A stretch of 64,000 nt of DNA from NCBI GenBank assembly GCA_937876355.1, contig CALFHN010000177.1, positions 54-64,053 on the forward strand. Direction: 5' to 3'. Shown in pieces: positions 27,782-36,398 of this stretch. The translations under genes were made by a program, and so were the position numbers. Source of the stretch: an uncultured Bacteroidota bacterium (GTDB lineage: Bacteria; Bacteroidota; Rhodothermia; Rhodothermales; UBA10348). Position 1 is the first letter of the stretch. Every line of letters starts with the position of its first letter. The notes beneath the pieces are model-generated. The model did not search any database. It saw only the letters and a program-made list of their open reading frames with translations, and had not been told where the DNA came from.

Positions 27782-28858
27782 ATGAATCAAAAGATTGACC
27801 TCTTGTCCCTCTCCAGGAGCGACTTACAGGATTGGGTTGAAATCACTGAAAAGCGATTCCGATCTGATCAAATCTATCGTTGGTTATGGAAACAAGGTGT
27901 ACGGACATTTGACGAAATGTCCAATCTTCCGGAGTCTTTGAGGAATCGGTTGAAAAGCGAAGCTGCTTTGCAAACGATTACCCTGAGTAAAACTCAGTCT
28001 TCGGCAGACGGCACGGCTAAAATGTTATTCAAATTGGATTCTGGCCGATATGTAGAAACCGTTTTAATTCCAGATTTTGACGAGGAAGGTAATCCTTGGC
28101 GACTAACCGTATGCGTTTCTTCTCAGGTTGGATGCGCAATGGGTTGCTCTTTTTGCGCCACCGGTACGATGGGGTTTCAACAAAATTTGACCGCCGGTGA
28201 AATCTTCGATCAAGTGCGGGCTGCCAATAACTTATCCCTGGAATTATACGGTCACCGCATCACGAATATTGTCTTCATGGGCATGGGAGAGCCGTTGCTT
28301 AACTATGATGCCGTTTTAGGATCAGTTGAAAAGCTCGTTTCCGAAGATGGAATGGGGTTGGCTGCACGGCGCATTACTATATCAACGGTTGGGCTTGCAG
28401 GACGAATACGAGATCTGGCAGTGGAAGACTATAAAGTAAACCTTGCGGTTTCCCTTCACTCCCCTTTTGATGCAAAACGTTCCTCCATCATGCCCGTGAA
28501 CCGCAAGGCCAAGACCGATCTCGGCGCGCTCATGGAGTCTATTGAATACTATACAAAGAGCACTGGTCGTAAGGTTACTTACGAATATTGCATGTTCGAA
28601 GGTTTTAATGATGCCGTAGCTGACGCTGCAGAACTCGCCAAAATTGTATCACGTGCTCCTAGCAAGGTTAATTTGATAATGTATAACCCAGTGGTAGGTC
28701 TTGGATTTAACAAATCGAGTGAAGAAACTCTGAACTCATTCATTTCCAGACTAGTGCAGGATCGAGTTCGGGTTACCGTTCGTAGAAGCAGAGGTCAAGA
28801 TATTGATGCCGCATGCGGCCAACTTGCCGTCAAATATACCGATGTATCTAAGTCATGA
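27782..28858 (+). CDS. rlmN: 23S rRNA/tRNA (adenine-C2)-methyltransferase RlmN (radical SAM)
   Basis: 'CVSSQVGCAMGCSFCATG' (CX3CX2C), 'MGMGEPLLNYD', 'LAVSLHSP', C-terminal 'IDAACGQL'. Confidence 0.93.
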   Translation: MNQKIDLLSLSRSDLQDWVEITEKRFRSDQIYRWLWKQGVRTFDEMSNLPESLRNRLKSEAALQTITLSKTQSSADGTAKMLFKLDSGRYVETVLIPDFDEEGNPWRLTVCVSSQVGCAMGCSFCATGTMGFQQNLTAGEIFDQVRAANNLSLELYGHRITNIVFMGMGEPLLNYDAVLGSVEKLVSEDGMGLAARRITISTVGLAGRIRDLAVEDYKVNLAVSLHSPFDAKRSSIMPVNRKAKTDLGALMESIEYYTKSTGRKVTYEYCMFEGFNDAVADAAELAKIVSRAPSKVNLIMYNPVVGLGFNKSSEETLNSFISRLVQDRVRVTVRRSRGQDIDAACGQLAVKYTDVSKS

Positions 28859-29091
28859 ACACTGCTAAAACTGATCTTCCGTTTCTTAAAACCACCTTCT
28901 CCAAATCCATTGCTGGATTTTTTGCCGCGTTGTTATTAGGAGCGCTCATTCCACGGACAGTTCAGTTTCTAGTCCGGAAGGTACTTATGAAGTCCATGCG
29001 CGATTTTTTCGTGCTGGTTCTCGCTGGCTGGCTTACGGACCGAATCGTGCACCTTGTGGTCGACAGTAAAAACACAGAAATCCAAAAGTAA
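28855..29091 (+). CDS. Small hypothetical membrane protein (2 TM)
   Basis: 78 aa with two hydrophobic helices. ATGA overlap with the rlmN stop suggests co-translation. Confidence 0.4.
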   Translation: MNTAKTDLPFLKTTFSKSIAGFFAALLLGALIPRTVQFLVRKVLMKSMRDFFVLVLAGWLTDRIVHLVVDSKNTEIQK

Positions 29092-29165
29092 ATTGGCTGG
29101 TTTGAGGAAGTTGATTTAGATGGAGTCTAAGCGCCAAAGTGTCGACTGAACCCTATTCATCTTTC

Positions 29166-30557
29166 TTATTGGCTCGAACCAAAGACCGTCACTTTTTCTT
29201 CTGCCTTATTTTTCAGGAAGAATGCGGAGCCTGTTAAAATAAAAGTGATTACGACAATAACGGAAAAAGCCGTTCGATACCCGTCCAGTTCAAATTCGCT
29301 AGAAGCAGCAATTGCACCGACCATAGCGGCGGACATGAGTTGTCCGATGGATATAAAAAGGGTGATTACTCCCTGTGAAACAGCCCTTTCGTCCTTCTTT
29401 GCTTCATGCATCAAAATGTAACTAAGCGCGGATCCAAGTAGGCCAGCGAGTCCCAGACCAATAAACACTGACGCCAAATAGAACACTGGCTCAGAACCGG
29501 GGCTTGTGGAAATCCCGAGCATTCCCAGTCCAAGTAGCGTCAAACTCAACAAGACAATCAGTTTAGATCCAGTTTTATCTAACAGCCGCCCGGCGAGGGG
29601 CGATCCAATTGCCACAGCCAACATCAACGGCAGAAGCATAAAAGATGCTTCGGACATGGTCACGTTGTAGGCCAGCACGGCTATCGTTGGGAAGAAAATA
29701 AAGGCCGCTTCACATATTCCGGCTCCGACAGCAATTAGTAGTGCAATTGCGACCTGTCGGTTCTGAAATAATTCAAATCGAAAAACAGGATCTTCTGCCG
29801 TTCGGCTGGACCGAATGAGAATTGGAGTCAGGATGGCAATGATCAGAATGGAGTTAATTACCCTCCAACTTGTTAGGCTCTCTCCCAATTGGGACGTATC
29901 CAATACTGATATTGCATACGAAGCGGCCAACAAGATTCCCGCCAAAGAAACGAGTCCGACGCGGTCCAATGGTTTTTCTGAGCGCACATATTTTCCCGGC
30001 AAAATCTTCCAACCTATCCCAATGACAAAAAGCGCAATAGGAAAAAAACCTAGGTAAAGCCACCGCCAGCCGATGGTCAACATCATTCCCGCCAAAATGG
30101 GGCCGATAATAAACGCAACGCCAAAAACTGATCCCAGCACTCCAAACGCGCGTCCTCGCTTTTCAGGTGCGAAAGCATCTCCAATGACGGCTCCCGCAAC
30201 CGGAAAAATGCCGGATGCTGCGGCCCCTTGCATACCTCGCCCAATTAAAAGGACGGCAAAACCAGATGCCGAGGCTACCACAACTCCACCTAATGCGAAA
30301 AGTGCGATATCAAACAGATAAATCACCTTCCTTCCGTATCGATCGGCCATTTTAGACATTAATGGTACACTCACAAGATTGGCCAAGACCCAAACTGAGA
30401 ATACCCAAGAAACTTGACGCTCACCCAGACTAAAGGCGTCACGGATGGCTGGAATTGCAGGCCCAAGGATTGCAATGTCGAGCGCCGCCATTAACACACC
30501 CAAAAAAAGAACAAATAAAATGGGGGTTTGGCTTTTCGTACCTTCTACTGTCGACAT
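29166..30557 (-). CDS. MFS transporter (14-TM DHA2-like drug/H+ antiporter type)
   Basis: 'MSKMADRYGRKVIYL' (MFS motif A-like), 'GRGMQGAAASGIFPVAGAVIGD', about 14 hydrophobic segments. Confidence 0.85.
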   Translation of the reverse strand: MSTVEGTKSQTPILFVLFLGVLMAALDIAILGPAIPAIRDAFSLGERQVSWVFSVWVLANLVSVPLMSKMADRYGRKVIYLFDIALFALGGVVVASASGFAVLLIGRGMQGAAASGIFPVAGAVIGDAFAPEKRGRAFGVLGSVFGVAFIIGPILAGMMLTIGWRWLYLGFFPIALFVIGIGWKILPGKYVRSEKPLDRVGLVSLAGILLAASYAISVLDTSQLGESLTSWRVINSILIIAILTPILIRSSRTAEDPVFRFELFQNRQVAIALLIAVGAGICEAAFIFFPTIAVLAYNVTMSEASFMLLPLMLAVAIGSPLAGRLLDKTGSKLIVLLSLTLLGLGMLGISTSPGSEPVFYLASVFIGLGLAGLLGSALSYILMHEAKKDERAVSQGVITLFISIGQLMSAAMVGAIAASSEFELDGYRTAFSVIVVITFILTGSAFFLKNKAEEKVTVFGSSQ

Positions 30558-30716
30558 ATGCTGTTTAAATTCCGAGAGCTATCTATGAGAGGGCCACTCG
30601 GTAAATGGTCGGGTTACACGCTGAAATGTGAGCAATGCTAAGCGAAGGTACACTCCAATGCTTAGTTTTTTGACTGAAATAACGACAAAAACATCGTCTT
30701 AACGGACAATTCGGAT

Positions 30717-33632
30717 ATGCTTTCTATGAACAACTGGAATTGGCTTAGGCAAGCAGTGATTTGTTCGGTTGGCGCCTCTTTAGTGATTGGTCTTTGGGGA
30801 TGCATCGAACCAATGGAATCCACCGTGCTGCGCCCCCCTCGTATTTCGTGGGCAGACTCTGTCCTGTCAACCATGAATTTGGGATCCAAAGTTGCCCAAA
30901 TGATCATGGTTGATTTGAATAGTCCCGCTGACATTTCAAGTGAAACCCAAAGAAATGCTTTTTTGAGACACACGTTGGGTGGTCGGGCAGGTGGAATCGT
31001 CCTTTTTGCAGGAGATCCACTTGAATATGCTCCATGGATAGAATGGATTCAGAATCAATCGAACATTCCTAAGCTAGTAGCACTCGATGCTGAATGGGGA
31101 GCTGGTTACCGCATGAAGGGCATGACCCGTTTTCCAAATGCGATGGCTATTGCGGCATCGGGACGTTCTCAGCTAGCCTACAATATTGGATCCGAAACAG
31201 CACGGCAGGCCTCTACAATGGGAATTTCAGTATTGTTTGCGCCCGTGGCAGATGTATTGACCAATCCTCGAAATCCCGTTATTGGTACTAGGGCGTGGTC
31301 AGACAATCCCGATTCGGTTGCTCTCTATGCAAACGCCTTTGCAAAAGGGGTTCAGAGTCAGGGATTGATGCCCGTCGCAAAACATTTCCCTGGTCATGGA
31401 GATACCTTTGAAGATTCGCACACAAACCTACCAATCTCCAATCGATCTGAATCGAATTTTTTTGACGTGGACCTTAAACCATTTAGGGTGCTAATCAATG
31501 ATTCCATTGGCGGTATAATGAGCGCCCACATTGTTGAAAAAGGGCACTCTTTTAGCGACCCGCTTCCCTCCACCCTTTCTCGGCGGCTTTTGACGGACTT
31601 ATTGCGGGATTCACTTCGGTTTGAAGGAATAATTTTTTCCGACGCTTTAAATATGGCGGGTGTAACTGCGTTTGGTACCTCAGGTGAAGTCGCAGTGCAA
31701 GCCGTCATTGCTGGTATCGATGTACTTCTCATGCCTCCAGATCCAAATGCTGCTCATGCTGCTCTAGTAGCTGCAGTTAAAGACGGACAGATCTCAGAAT
31801 CACGTATAGATTCTTCTGTTGTTCGAATTTTGCGAGCCAAAGACAAGCTCAGCCTTCAAAAAAGGGTCCGGTTTACTGATCTGAATTCAATTTTAAAGAT
31901 TGTCACTTCAAAAGAATCCCAGGACGAGGCCTGGTTTGTTGGCAGAAATGCGGTAACCATATTAAAAAACGAGGGCGTCCTTCCCATTTTGGAAGAAAAC
32001 GGCTCTATTCTGTTGATTTCCGCTGATTTCCGAGCCTACTCAGATAGTTCTCAGGATCCCGCACGGCAGCTGGCCGCCGCATTGGAGTCAGGAAGCCACA
32101 ATTCAGTGGCTCACATCAAGCTAGATGCTTCAAATTGGGCACGTTATATGACCCGAATTGGTTCACAAGCAGAAAATAAGACTACGGTTATTTTCGCTGA
32201 TTTTATTGGAATTACTCCAGTACGAAACTGGAACCGAATCAAATTTTTATCCGAACTAGCTTCTTCAAAGGTTTCCACGATTGTATTGGACCATGCCTCT
32301 CCGTACGCCGCCCTCCAAACTCCTGAAACGGTTTCTGTGCATTTGATTGGGTATGATGCCTCCACGGCGATGATAAAAGCAACCGCTGATGTTTTATTTG
32401 GAATGTCAGCCGCTAGTGGTCAATTGCCTCTCCAGTTAAGCGATAAATACCCTCGAGGATTCGGACTGAAGCTTCCACAAACTTTTGCTTCGCTTTCATC
32501 TGCAGGGTCATCTTCTATGGACGCTACGGTGCTCCATAAGCTAGACGCCATATTGGGTGCCGCTGTGACCGATAGGGCCTTTCCGGCAGCTTCCGTTGCC
32601 GTAGGAAGAGGAAACAACATAGTAAAAAGGACAGATTTCGGACAATTTACATATGAAAGTAGCCGAGATGTGAACGAAAACGATGTCTTCGATCTTGCAT
32701 CTTTGACCAAAGTTATTGCTACCACGACCGCAATCATGCAGTTGTACGAAAAAGGGTTAATTGACCTCAATCGACCAGTTGCCGACTACTTGCCAGAATT
32801 CGGAGTTGGGGGAAAAGGATCGGTAACCATTTGGGACCTGCTCACCCACACAGGTGGTCTAATCCCTTTTATTCCATTCTACTCTAAGGGTATTTACGAT
32901 GGCAAAGAGGTCCGATCTCGCATTTTGGGCGATTCTTTGAGTTATGAGCCAGGATCAAAGTTCGCCTATTCAGATTTTGGCCCTATAACTTTAGCCTGGA
33001 TGATCGAACGGATCACAGGAGAAAAATTTAGTAGCTACACCCGCGACCATATTTTTATTCCGCTAATGATGCATCACACCGGCTTTAAGACCGTTAAATC
33101 AGGCATCGTGAACGATGCTGTTCCTACCGAAAAAGACACGTATTATCGCTTTCGAACGCTTCAGGGTGAGGTGCACGATGAAACCGCATGGGTACTCGGC
33201 GGAACGGCAGGGCACGCAGGTCTGTTTTCGAATGCGAACGATTTGGCCAAGTTTGCTGCGATGATGGCCAATGACGGTCAAATGGGGGATCATTATTTTT
33301 TAAAACCCGAAACCATCCGCAAGTTCACCACGAAAGTTAATCCCTTCGGAGATCACACTCGGGCATTGGGCTGGGATACAAAAAGTGCAACCGGTTATTC
33401 TTCGGCAGGTAGTAAATTTGGACCTCGATCTTTTGGTCATACAGGGTTTACTGGTACCTCGTTTTGGATAGATCCAGACACCGACGTTTTTGTTATTCTC
33501 TTGACAAATCGTGTCTACCCTACAAGAAATAACTCTGCTCACGTACCAATTAGGCCAGAAATCGCTAATATCGCTTTTTCTGCCTTGCAAACTGCCCACA
33601 CCGTTGGGGAATCTGTAGCCGAAAGCCCGTAA
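30717..33632 (+). CDS. Fusion lipoprotein: GH3 beta-N-acetylhexosaminidase (NagZ-like) domain plus serine beta-lactamase/esterase (class C/PBP4*-like) domain
   Basis: Lipobox 'GLWGC'. GH3 blocks 'VALDAEWGAGYR', 'KHFPGHGDT', 'IMSAHI'. C-terminal 'FDLASLTKV' (SxxK), 'YSDFG', 'FGHTGFTGTSFWIDP' (HTG box). Confidence 0.88.
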   Translation: MLSMNNWNWLRQAVICSVGASLVIGLWGCIEPMESTVLRPPRISWADSVLSTMNLGSKVAQMIMVDLNSPADISSETQRNAFLRHTLGGRAGGIVLFAGDPLEYAPWIEWIQNQSNIPKLVALDAEWGAGYRMKGMTRFPNAMAIAASGRSQLAYNIGSETARQASTMGISVLFAPVADVLTNPRNPVIGTRAWSDNPDSVALYANAFAKGVQSQGLMPVAKHFPGHGDTFEDSHTNLPISNRSESNFFDVDLKPFRVLINDSIGGIMSAHIVEKGHSFSDPLPSTLSRRLLTDLLRDSLRFEGIIFSDALNMAGVTAFGTSGEVAVQAVIAGIDVLLMPPDPNAAHAALVAAVKDGQISESRIDSSVVRILRAKDKLSLQKRVRFTDLNSILKIVTSKESQDEAWFVGRNAVTILKNEGVLPILEENGSILLISADFRAYSDSSQDPARQLAAALESGSHNSVAHIKLDASNWARYMTRIGSQAENKTTVIFADFIGITPVRNWNRIKFLSELASSKVSTIVLDHASPYAALQTPETVSVHLIGYDASTAMIKATADVLFGMSAASGQLPLQLSDKYPRGFGLKLPQTFASLSSAGSSSMDATVLHKLDAILGAAVTDRAFPAASVAVGRGNNIVKRTDFGQFTYESSRDVNENDVFDLASLTKVIATTTAIMQLYEKGLIDLNRPVADYLPEFGVGGKGSVTIWDLLTHTGGLIPFIPFYSKGIYDGKEVRSRILGDSLSYEPGSKFAYSDFGPITLAWMIERITGEKFSSYTRDHIFIPLMMHHTGFKTVKSGIVNDAVPTEKDTYYRFRTLQGEVHDETAWVLGGTAGHAGLFSNANDLAKFAAMMANDGQMGDHYFLKPETIRKFTTKVNPFGDHTRALGWDTKSATGYSSAGSKFGPRSFGHTGFTGTSFWIDPDTDVFVILLTNRVYPTRNNSAHVPIRPEIANIAFSALQTAHTVGESVAESP

Positions 33633-33719
33633 GTAATTCACCTGGATTATTTTTGGAACAGAGGGAAGAGCAATGGCTTCAAGACCTCCAATGTTTTGAA
33701 TCGAAATTATCCAGCGCCA

Positions 33720-34046
33720 ATGCCTACTTACGAATACAAACGAGAAGACGGAACCACGTTTGAAACTGTCCAGCGCATAACGGCACCTTCGCTTACTGAA
33801 TGCCCAACGACTGGTCAAAAAGTGAAGCGAATTATACGTTCTGGGGCTGGATTGGTCTTCAAGGGAAGTGGATTTTACCAGACCGACTATGTCCGAAAAC
33901 CCGGTGATCCAGACTCAAAACCGAAAAGTGAGTCCAAAACCACGGCAGACACAAAACCTGACTCCAGCAAGGCCGAAGCTTCAAAAGCTAACGATTCTCC
34001 AGCTTCCAGCAAATCTGAATCGACGGGATCAAAGAACTCGGACTGA
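33720..34046 (+). CDS. FmdB-family (Zn-ribbon_8-like) small protein with degenerate zinc ligands and a Ser/Lys-rich tail
   Basis: 'MPTYEYKREDGTTFETVQRITAPSLTECPTTGQKVKRIIRSGAGLVFKGSGFYQTDY' is collinear with the FmdB consensus MPxYEYxCxxCGxxFE...CPxCG...FKGSGFY, but only one Cys remains. Confidence 0.7.
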   Translation: MPTYEYKREDGTTFETVQRITAPSLTECPTTGQKVKRIIRSGAGLVFKGSGFYQTDYVRKPGDPDSKPKSESKTTADTKPDSSKAEASKANDSPASSKSESTGSKNSD

Positions 34047-34116
34047 ACTAATTTGTGCTGATCTGTTCGTAGGCTTCCAATGCCATACTAGGCGCGGCGC
34101 GCGGCGTGCGCATTGA

Positions 34117-34872
34117 CTAAGCCGCCAATTCTGCACTTTTGACTATTGAGGCAAAATCTTCTGCGTTCAGTGCCGCTCCCCCAATCAGACCACCATCTAC
34201 ATTGGAGCGGGCAAACAATTCGGAAGCGTTTCCTGGCTTGACGCTACCGCCGTACAAAATGTCAATCGCATAACCCGTCTTCTGACCAAACAGCTCAACC
34301 AACAAAGATCGAATGTGAGTGTGCATCGATTCAACTTGTTCGGGCGATGCTGTTCTGCCTGTCCCGATTGCCCAAACGGGTTCATATGCCAAAACGAGCT
34401 CACTCCCTTGAGACACGGTTAGGCCATCTAAGCTCTGCCTAACTTGTTCTTCCACAACTGCATTTTGGCGATCGGCATCTCGTTGGGCAAGAGACTCCCC
34501 TACACAAACGATGGGTACCAATCTGTGTCGATGCGCTTGAATTGCTTTTCGAGATACGATTTCGTTGGTTTCTCCGAAATATTCCCGCCTTTCGCTATGC
34601 CCCAGAATCACATAGTGGCATCCTACGGCTCTCAGCATACTCGCGGACACTTCACCCGTATATGCTCCGGAGTCTGATTCGTGCATGTTTTGAGCGCCCA
34701 TGCGAATGCCTGAACCGTGTAAGATGCTGTAGGTCGCATCTAGATCGACAAAAGGAGGGCAAATGGCGACTAATGTTTTTTCGGGTTTCCCAATGGACGA
34801 TACCAACCCTGCCGTTAACTGCCGCGCAGCAGCTAGGTCAAGATTCATTTTCCAATTACCGGCTACCAACAT
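34117..34872 (-). CDS. tpiA: Triosephosphate isomerase
   Basis: 'VAGNWKMN', 'ILGHSERR', 'AYEPVWAIGTG', 'ILYGGSV'. Confidence 0.96.
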   Translation of the reverse strand: MLVAGNWKMNLDLAAARQLTAGLVSSIGKPEKTLVAICPPFVDLDATYSILHGSGIRMGAQNMHESDSGAYTGEVSASMLRAVGCHYVILGHSERREYFGETNEIVSRKAIQAHRHRLVPIVCVGESLAQRDADRQNAVVEEQVRQSLDGLTVSQGSELVLAYEPVWAIGTGRTASPEQVESMHTHIRSLLVELFGQKTGYAIDILYGGSVKPGNASELFARSNVDGGLIGGAALNAEDFASIVKSAELAA

Positions 34873-34882
34873 TTAGCTTTCC

Positions 34883-36283
34883 TCAATTAATTTTTTTCAA
34901 TACTGGGACTTTTGTTATCCCATTTAAACCGGTAACAATTGAAGCCAAATCTTCTTCAAGAGCCACAATTCCCGGTCCAGAATATTTTCTGACGATTTGC
35001 CCTGATGGGTCTATCAAATACCGGGTAGGCAAGATTTGAACATTAAAATCGCTAACAATTTTCGAATCCATACCCATCGGTAACCAGACAAAATATCCAG
35101 CGTGCGAATCTCCATCAAATAGAGCTTCATTTACCACACTATCTGGTTCAACAGAAAGGGAAATGGTTATAAACATGCGAGGGTCTAGTGCTGCAGCGAT
35201 GTTATCGCGATCGGCAAATTCTCTCTGAAAAACAGGCTCGGAAGGGTTAAAAAACTCAAGAATCAAAAATTTACCCTTAAATCCGGCCGTGCTGAGGTCG
35301 GCCCCCTTTCGACTAACTTCGGAAAATGCTGGCGCATTCATCCCCGGCTGTAGATTTTCCAATTCGTACGTAGCACGGGCTGCCCAAGCTGACCATTCAG
35401 AGGTGGGATACCGCTTTTTAAGCAATGTGGCCGTTTGGACAGCTAAAGAATTCTGAAAACTATCGGCATAAGCAATAATTTTTTCCGCCATGATTCCAGG
35501 ATGCCTCTCTTCGGGCGACACGGCGAGGTAATAATCGAGCATGGCAAGAGCCGAGTCCTGTCCTGCTAATCGAGCGATTGAACGTCTTGCCGCACTAACA
35601 ACCTCAACCAAACTATTGTTTTTTAAACTAAGGAGAGGCAAACGCTGGGCTACCGTAGAATCATTCCATCCCTCCATCATCACAATTGATTCGGCCATGG
35701 CCAGCTCGCCGCCTATAGTTGACGGATATGCAGCCGGAATGCTCCACAAGACCGTGCTTGTCTGAGCCGTGATTCGTCCAATATCTTCGGGGACGTAAGC
35801 TTCAGATCGAAGCATTTCAAGCATTTGTTGATTATGACCCGCTTTTGCGTTTCGATAAGCAGACCACGCTACATTTTCTGACGAAATAATACGTAATCCA
35901 CTCGGATTTAACGGATACGATCCGTTTACTCGGGCGCTATCGCCATTAGATACAACAAAATCGTTTACCGAAAGAACCGTTCCAGAGCGCTCAACGACCA
36001 TGGGAAACACGCCCGAAACATGGGCCCGAACGTTCATCGCAAAGGCTCCTGAAGCAGTGGTGACGGCTGTGCCCAGTGTGTCGACATCCCCTTCAATACG
36101 AGTTAGAACAGATACTCTGAAACCAGAAAAGTCCGCTCCAGAATCGACTTCGGCCCGTATGGAAAGTGTCCCCTCAACATAACTTTCTACTTCAAATGCA
36201 GGTTCGTTATTGCATCCGCTAACCGTAAGAAAGGCAAGTGTCAGAAAAGCCCAAGTAATGGTGGAAAAGGAATTCCTTGTCAT
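34883..36283 (-). CDS. Lipoprotein with C-terminal thioredoxin-fold (TlpA/AhpC-TSA-like) domain lacking the CxxC motif
   Basis: Lipobox 'TVSGC'. The C-terminal 'FKGKFLILEFFNPSEPVFQREF...ILPTRYLIDPSGQIVRKY' matches the TlpA-like layout with 'SEPV' where WCxxC normally sits. Confidence 0.6.
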   Translation of the reverse strand: MTRNSFSTITWAFLTLAFLTVSGCNNEPAFEVESYVEGTLSIRAEVDSGADFSGFRVSVLTRIEGDVDTLGTAVTTASGAFAMNVRAHVSGVFPMVVERSGTVLSVNDFVVSNGDSARVNGSYPLNPSGLRIISSENVAWSAYRNAKAGHNQQMLEMLRSEAYVPEDIGRITAQTSTVLWSIPAAYPSTIGGELAMAESIVMMEGWNDSTVAQRLPLLSLKNNSLVEVVSAARRSIARLAGQDSALAMLDYYLAVSPEERHPGIMAEKIIAYADSFQNSLAVQTATLLKKRYPTSEWSAWAARATYELENLQPGMNAPAFSEVSRKGADLSTAGFKGKFLILEFFNPSEPVFQREFADRDNIAAALDPRMFITISLSVEPDSVVNEALFDGDSHAGYFVWLPMGMDSKIVSDFNVQILPTRYLIDPSGQIVRKYSGPGIVALEEDLASIVTGLNGITKVPVLKKIN

Positions 36284-36398
36284 GAATACGATAATAATGA
36301 GTGATTAGATAACGGGCTGGAAGAGAACACATTTGGACGGGTCCTGATCCTGCAGATTTACGAGTTAACGGCTTCTGCAAAGTAAATTTTAACCTAGC

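Noticed and set aside
30638-30671. Hairpin CTAAGC-N16-GCTTAG followed by T6, 46 bp upstream of the GH3-beta-lactamase gene. It could be a possible attenuator or sRNA terminator.
   Set aside because: It has only a 6-bp AU-rich stem with a 16-nt loop and no upstream plus-strand gene. It is too weak to call without transcript data.
34091-34111. A tract of about 90% GC (GGCGCGGCGCGCGGCGTGCGC) between the convergent FmdB-like and tpiA genes
   Set aside because: It stands out compositionally, but I could only fold 4-5 bp stems and there is no flanking T-tract, so I do not call it a terminator or repeat.
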